NCBI GenBank assembly: GCA_905330535.1
Contig: CAJNVN010000274.1
Coordinates: 54,727-81,501, forward strand
Source: Rotaria sp.
Lineage: Eukaryota
Reading direction: 5' to 3'
Length of the DNA: 26,775 nt
Shown: positions 20,328-26,775 of the stretch, in pieces
How positions within the stretch are numbered: the stretch's first letter is position 1
How the letters are laid out: each line of letters starts with the position of its first letter
Notes under the pieces: model-generated
Databases searched by the model: none
The model's input: only the letters and a program-made list of their open reading frames with translations
What the model was told of the DNA's origin: nothing
Made by a program: the position numbers and the translations under genes

Positions 20328-21246
20328 CAGTCTCAACACTATCATTACATTGTGAAAGTCATATCTCAGTTCTTTTTTGAGATTACAGAATTGCAGCTTA
20401 ATATAGAACTCATAGAGAGTTGTTGAAAGAATTCACAATGCTTTAGTTTACCAATTGATAGAATTACAGTATTATGCAGCGAGTTTTGAACAGCTGCAAC
20501 TAGGTATATTGACTTAAAATAAGAAGAAGAAAAAAAGACATGGTATGAAGACCAAACAGCAAGCAAAGGTTAATTAAGATTGCATTTCTTACCAATCTCC
20601 TAAGCAAAACACTTATGTTCTGCTTGTACACGAGCTTCTTTTCATTACGAATAAATCAGTTCTAAAAGTATCCTACTGAGTTTATACAATAAAGGAAAAA
20701 TTCATCAGTATTCGAGTGCACTATGTATATGAAAGTACTATTAGTGTTTTACCTAAGAAATTGATTCAAAATGTGATCTTAAAAAACGTTTGCTTGTCGT
20801 TTTGTCTTTGTACAAAGTATTATTTTAGTGCTTGCTGTAGTTCAATATACCTAGTTGCTGGAGTTCAAAATTACTATGATTCTATCAATTGGCAAGCAAA
20901 ATCATTATGAATTATTTCGGCAACTCTGTATGGATTCTACATTAAGCTATAAATCTAAAAATTTGATCATAAACTCATGAGCTCATGAGAATTCGCTGCC
21001 ACTATTTTCAATTGAATTGTTTGAACTCAATTCAAGTTATTGATACCGGCCTGGAAACTAGAACTTAACATTTTGTCAAGGTCTTCACTGTGAGCTTTAG
21101 ATGTTTGTCATTCCATGATAGCTTTCTATGAAACTTCTACGGTAGATAGATACATCAATATGTTTACCAATGAGACGTTGTGCGAACATGAATGCTAAAA
21201 AGTAACTGGGATACAACATTCATAATGTAATGGTAGTGTTGATTTG
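20328..21246. repeat. Large imperfect inverted repeat (long-hairpin / foldback structure) with an arm-specific insertion of about 255 bp
   Basis: Left arm 20328-20568 against the reverse complement of right arm 20789-21246. The core, 20395-20522, is AGCTTAATATAGAACTCATAGAGAGTTGTTGAAAGAATTCACAATGC...CAACTAGGTATATTGA. It matches the reverse complement of 20806-20948, AGCTTAATGTAGAATCCATACAGAGTTGCCGAAATAATTCATAATGA...CAACTAGGTATATTGA. The outer block, 20328-20378 (CAGTCTCAACACTATCATTACATTGTGAA..), matches the reverse complement of 21204-21246 (CAAATCAACACTACCATTACATTATGAA..). The right arm carries extra sequence at about 20949-21203. The central spacer is about 220 bp. The mirrored track ORFs (SIYLVAAVQN on the - strand, SIYLVAGVQN on the + strand) are a by-product. 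Confidence 0.85.
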
Positions 21247-24200
21247 ATAATTTTAATCTACATCAACGAATTCAAGACTGTAGACAAAATGAAATTTGAA
21301 CAACGGGCAGCTTCTAGAAAAAATGTTACTAAGTGAAATATTTTATGAGAACGATATGCACTAGATCAATAAAAGAGAATGCTGCCAATGTTTCTTAACA
21401 TATTTGAATATGAATCAAGATTCTATTTGTTCTGTTAGTCTTTAGTAGATGATATTATCTTATAATACATAGTTCGGAAACAGTTCTCTGAAACAAATTA
21501 TTGTTTCTATCTCTTACTTAGTGCTACTCTGATCGTTGTCATACATCAACGTGAATTATGTGAGGATTGACTTTTTGAAAGTAAACCTTTCTTTTTAAAA
21601 TTCTTTTTAATATTGCCTCTCAGATATATGGTTAGATCATCATATATGATAATTCCAAAAATAATACGAGGATACTTTTAAAATTTAGATTCAACGGAGA
21701 GAATAATTTCATGAAAAATAATTAATTGAAAAAAAAACATATTATTCAATCTGTATAGTGTGAGAGACATCCATCTTTAGAACTACAACTCGCATGTAAA
21801 TTTCCTAAAATTCTGTAGTTTTCATAATTTCGAAAAATCACACAACAGTGTTCAAGTTATTCTTGCCGGATTAGGATCAGCTGGTTTTAATACCATGTGC
21901 AATCTGCAAGATAGAATTTAGAAATGGTGTCATTTCTGAGTGTACTTTGTTCATTATCTCCACATGCAAAAGTTGAAATTGTTTGGACATAATGTGAAAT
22001 ATATTTTTCATTCAAAAATGATTTAGAGTTCTATAAAAAGTAGTTGAAACTGTTGCTCTCTATCATACCGTATATTATAATCTTATGCAAATAAAAAAAT
22101 ATATTATTTCCAGAAAGCAGAAGATTAATAAATAGAAAGTAGCTCAAATAGTAAAAATTAATATTTTAATGTTTGTCTTTCACCAAGAGAGATAGTTTTC
22201 ATCAGTTGTTTAATTCAAGTTTCAGTTTAAATGAATTTTCGATAGTCACCTTTTGATTAGTTTCCAAAAATTCCTGAAATTCTAATTCTATCGGATAAAT
22301 CAAAAAAAGCTTGATCCCTAACTGTTCTCAGTTGTTTTCTCAAGTAGTGACAACCAGAGATTTTCTGAATGTAGACTATTATTAAATAATCAATTGATAT
22401 GCCTTATTTCGAAGATATTTTTTCGAATGATGTGTAGAAATAACTCAAATATGGCTATCTGAGGACCTCTCTAGAACTATCATATGTCAATGGAAAACCA
22501 AAATGCTAAGAGAAAAAAAGAATAACTGTAATAGAAATACATTTCTAAGTGTTGCTCAATCTTTCTCTACTAGTGATCAAAGTAACGTTAAGAATTTCTC
22601 TTTCTTTTCTTTTTTCTCAACATTTTTCATGCATGTGTCGTGACTATCATTAATTATGTCTTGATTCATCATAATTATTGATAGTAATAGTCATAAAAAC
22701 AGATTGATTAGTCAATGTTGAATTTTGATATTCGTAAATTTAAGCGAATCATGATCAATTTATTGTTACAGATAGAATAAAACATGTGGACCAGTATTTT
22801 CTCTCTTGACATATCTACATGAATCAATATTTAGAATTAGAAGCAAGTTTTCATTCGTTTGTATATCGACTCTTATAGTTTACACCATTTATATGAAAAT
22901 TTCATTTGAAAATTAGAATGTGAGATTTTCATCTTTTTGATAAATTATTTTAAAAACTTATCGTTTAGTTAAGCATGAGTTATCACTGTGAAACTTATAA
23001 GTATGGCATTTTGAATAATAATACTTTTTGTATTATAAGTGTGTGAAATGTGAATGATAATGAAAACTCATTAAGGAATACGAAATATTCCATACTCTAC
23101 ATAGGTCAGATAGTAGACAATGTAACTTTATTGTAAATTATTTTTACTTGTGGTGCAAAAATTCATATTCATAAAAGTGATGTCAATAGAGTATAGTCGA
23201 TTTTAGATCATAGATTAGATATTACAAATGGATATTTTCTATATCTGTTCACGATGTAAATATGGATCAAATGAAGAAAGGAAAGACTATAAAGCTAGAA
23301 ATACGATAAAAAAATGAAGCATGTCTATGTTGAATAAATTAAATAGTCTAATTTTTTACAGCACCTTTTTTATGTTTTCAAATAAGACAAATATGATAAT
23401 ACTAAATAGAGTGAATAGAATAAATTTTCAAAAGAAGTTAGCTAGTTGACAAGTTAATGTATGCGAAATTGCGAATTGCCAAAAGAAGGACTGTTGTTTG
23501 AAAACTTGCTCTATATTCATTTCGATGGCAAGTGAGAATTATCAATAGAAAATTTTCACATGTATTTTTCTTAGTAGTAATATTTGTTTTTTGTCATCCA
23601 TATAGGAAAAAAACTTTATAGGAGTTTCTATTACCAACAAAAATAAAATTGCATTTTTTGACAATTCTTCTTGTACTATGAACATCTAATGTAAGAACAA
23701 AAGTGAACTTCCATAAAAAGTACTCTTTTCCTATTGAAAACAAAATATTAACTCGAGTCAAATCAACATGAAAAGTGCACTAACTGTTCTCATTGATTAA
23801 CTCAAATCTGTGACTTCATTCTTTTGAGCGTATGTAAATTATTTACATTTGCTTTTGTCAGAAAAGATAGAGTTATCGGAAATTCTTAATTTTCCGTACA
23901 TGTTTATTTATTTGCAATTACATACAGGCGAAACAATTTTATTACATGTAAATATTCAAGCGATTTGTATTAGGGTTTTAGAACTCAATTCTATATTCAT
24001 AAGAGTTTTATAGATAAGTACAATGTACGCGCATCTATCAGACTCTGTATTGAACATCTAAGAATTCTAGGGTCAAATTAAAATTTCAATGTATAATTCG
24101 TAAGTGAAAAGTTTAGTTTTCTTAGTTCAATCTCATTGAGTAATAATATTTCTGATGAATCGAAAATTCAACTAGTTTTATTAAAAAAAAACCAACTATC

Positions 24201-26160
24201 TATGGAGGGATCTTTATCGAACTGAGCAGTTTTTAATATGTTTACACTAAATCTCATCAAAAAGTCTAATGTATATTGACAAGCACTCATCAATGATTTT
24301 TTGCATTCAGGTAAATGTTTTGGATGACTTCTTCTAACTAGGATACTCAAATTTCCATTTTTACAAAGAATTCCTTATAACGGTCAAATTAGATCAAATC
24401 TCAACCGAAAAATTTCCCTTTTGTCCCACAATTCTAATCAATTTTGTTTAATATGTTATCAGTTGAATATTGTTGCATTCTGAAGATTCGAGCTTGTACT
24501 ACATTTATTTATATGACTTGATAAAAAAAAAAACTAAGAAATTTAGACAATGATAAACTCACTAACTATTTCCTTATGATTTACAGCAAGACATTTTTAT
24601 CTCATTAACACAAAGCAATATATGTAATAGATCCATTGTAGAATTATGTGATGAAAAGACATTAGTAAGCTAGCTATTTTTGAGTGTCCTGTATGAATAT
24701 TAAATAGATAAACAGTATTTTCTTTTGATCATGGTCATAAAATCAATCACTGAGATTATAAACAATAATACCATGAAAATTATGTGTTGAATCAATTTTG
24801 AAGGGTGTTATCAAAAACCTAAAAATGTTCGTGAAGCATTTTCTGTAATTCAAACCACTTTCTACTATGAAATAAACAGTAATAAGTTAGCATAATAATT
24901 TTCTGACAGCAAAAAAAATTAAATAGTCTGAAACGAATCGTCATCTTAATATTGTTCAAATGAATTCCTGCTAATATCTGAAATACCATTTTAGTGTAGA
25001 AAATAAAATTTCGATAATTGTAGAGCTATAAAGTTATTATTTCGAACAGAGTAGATCACAATATAAAATTAGGCTTTGAGTAATCAAGATTTTTTTTTAA
25101 CACTTCATATGACAAGTCAATGAGCTGAATATCGCTAAGAGTGTAAAACCACAGACTGAAAATAAGTTTCACTAGAGGATGTGAATGAGAGTTAAAAGAA
25201 GGATTACAGTCATACTCATACTCTTTCGAAAGAAAAAGAATAGATGAAAGTAAATTCAATTATAAGAGTAAACTAAGTAATGTATTTTACAGAGTATATG
25301 TTGTCGTGTATAAAAATAAAATTTTCTCAACACTTTATGGAGTCTGAGTCAATTTAAACAAAATTTTCCTCTGAATGAAAAAAATATGTTAGATTAAACT
25401 TTTTGGATATTTTTCTAATTTACAAGTTGAAAAAGAGTCATATTGTTGTAAGCACGAAGTTTGTTGAATAATTCTCCTTTTTTTTTCTTAGTGATATTCA
25501 ATGATCGAACTTAATGTCTTTCTAAATAAAAATGAAAAGCATCTTGACATCTATTATTAATATGTATTTCTTTTTATTTACAAAACTTCGTCTTAAGCCG
25601 AAATCCAAGACAGATCCCGTAAAATTTTGAAAAATTGTTCAACTCTAACTAAAAAAATAATTTTAAAGATAAAAATTAAATAAAAAACATTGAGTCAGTT
25701 CTCGAAAGAGTAAAACAGATTGAAACTTGATTATTTTCAGAAAGAAATAACAACCTGGAAAACACTAAAACAAATAAAATTTTATCAAAATTTGCTCAAG
25801 TCAACTGAGATCATACATAAGAAATTGCTTTATTGAAGATTGGTTCTTTATTTCTTTACATCATGTTTAGCATTCTACTCAATAAAATATATCTTCTATA
25901 TTTGTTTTAATTCTTAGTGAATGTTTTTCGAAAATGTACCATTTAGCTAATAATAGTAATTCAGTGGATAAACTTTAGATGATTATTTCACTTGTTCCTG
26001 AGTGTTCAATCTCTGAACTGAATACGTATTAAAATGCTTAAAAATATTCATAATTATAATGATGCAAAACGGTCACAAAAATACCTGAAAATGGTTTTAA
26101 AAAATTGCAAAATAAAATGTTAATAACACAAATGATTTTTTCCCATTATTTCTGGCCTAT

Positions 26161-26603
26161 TTTGCCGATAGGAAAATTACTGATAAATTTGAAAAAGTTA
26201 AATACTGTTCGACAAATTTATTTCAATTTTAGTTATTTATTACAATTTAAATGACGTTTCTTTCTTCTTTGGAGATAATCTTTTCAATGTTTCATAAAAA
26301 TTGTACAAATAAATTAATCACAAAAACAAAATGGAAGAAGAATAGAACAGTTTATAATACCAAGCAGGTGGGCGCGATTCTTTTTCATACCACTATGAAA
26401 TTAGACTAAAAGAAATATATAACATATTCTATTTTTCTTTCATTTTGTTTTGTTTTTGCGATTAATTTATTTGGACGAGTTTTATAAAGCATTGAAAAGA
26501 TCATCTTTGAAGAAGAAAGAAGCGTCACTTAAATTGTAATAAATTTGTCGAACAACATTTAACTATCTCAAATTTATTATTTTTGACCTTTTCGGTCAAT
26601 CTG
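26161..26603. mobile_element. Foldback / MITE-like palindromic element: arms of about 180 bp and an 80-bp spacer
   Basis: The reverse complement of left arm 26161-26347 is TTCTATTCTTCTTCCATTTTGTTTTTGTGATTAATTTATTTGTACAATTTTTATGAAACATTGAAAAGATTATCTCCAAAGAAGAAAGAAACGTCATTTAAATTG... The right arm, 26428-26603, is TTCTATTTTTCTTTCATTTTGTTTTGTTTTTGCGATTAATTTATTTGGACGAGTTTTATAAAGCATTGAAAAGATCATCTTTGAAGAAGAAAGAAGCGTCACTTAAATTG... Identity is roughly 80-85 percent by eye. One indel of about 19 bp lies in the outer part. The spacer, 26348-26427, contains the only GC-rich patch (CAGGTGGGCGCGATTC). There is no coding capacity. Confidence 0.8.
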
Positions 26604-26775
26604 TATTATACACACACAAAAATTACTTTAATCGTTTTTTAACAATTGAATCGTACTGTAATTTTGTGTTTACTTTGATACTCTTCGTATACTATGGCGA
26701 TTATGTGTAAAGTACATAGGACAAAAATTCAAGGAAGTGATTTAAAATCAGAAAAAACATTATAAGCTTATCAAA

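Noticed and set aside
20366-20910. ORFs 20366..20566 (-) and 20716..20910 (+), which share the peptide SIYLVA[AG]VQN
   Set aside because: The shared peptide is a by-product of the inverted repeat, since the same DNA is read in mirrored orientation. Both ORFs are short and otherwise low complexity.
1-26775. Prokaryote-style features requested by the task: operons, CRISPR arrays, defence or toxin-antitoxin cassettes, integrons, rRNA and tRNA genes, promoters and terminators
   Set aside because: None is visible. There are no direct-repeat and spacer arrays, no tightly packed same-strand ORFs, no cloverleaf or B-box (GGTTCGANNCC) matches, and no rRNA-like conserved blocks. The exon-intron structure shows that the sequence is eukaryotic, so bacterial regulatory-site calls would be meaningless.

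Overview
This window is AT-rich eukaryotic (metazoan-type) genomic DNA, not a prokaryotic locus. It has no long ORFs. The real coding signal is split into short GT-AG bounded exons on the + strand. Stitching 17 well-supported exons (3391..15000) plus 2 tentative upstream exons (85..552) gives about 1,075 aa of a TRPM-family (melastatin TRP) cation channel.

The recognisable parts are:
- N-terminal TRPM homology region: GTGQLADVIAEI, LMENGVSM, LYLWFLFMNRPEMA, CIPLEVAQCANCEAFLASDTVQKYLSYKWY.
- Pre-S1 and S1-S6.
- Pore loop (VFGQVAEPF) and S6 (NVLLLNVLIAMF).
- TRP box (IWRYQRFRLVNEF...LPPPF).
- A C-terminal coiled-coil-type segment (TDMHYRFKQV).

The 5' end of the gene lies upstream of the window. 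The 3' end is unresolved, because the last recognised exon ends in phase 1. Introns are bimodal: 55-81 nt versus 0.24-4.8 kb. Together with the composition, this fits an AT-rich helminth or flatworm-like genome, but the species cannot be assigned from sequence alone.

Unusual points:
- Two in-frame coding tandem repeats: a 15-bp acidic pentapeptide array in the N-terminal region, and a perfect 21-bp x3.5 heptad array before the coiled coil.
- A 75-nt in-frame intron-like segment inside the TRP-box exon.
- One exon that is open in two frames, with two phase-consistent splice chains.
- Three inverted-repeat or foldback structures in non-coding DNA, at about 13.0-13.3 kb, 20.3-21.2 kb and 26.2-26.6 kb.

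I found no rRNA, tRNA, CRISPR array, operon or defence-island-like architecture. Most ORFs in the supplied track are chance ORFs, intron read-through, or antisense shadows of exons and repeats. All homology statements come from my memory of TRPM family motifs. No database search was run.
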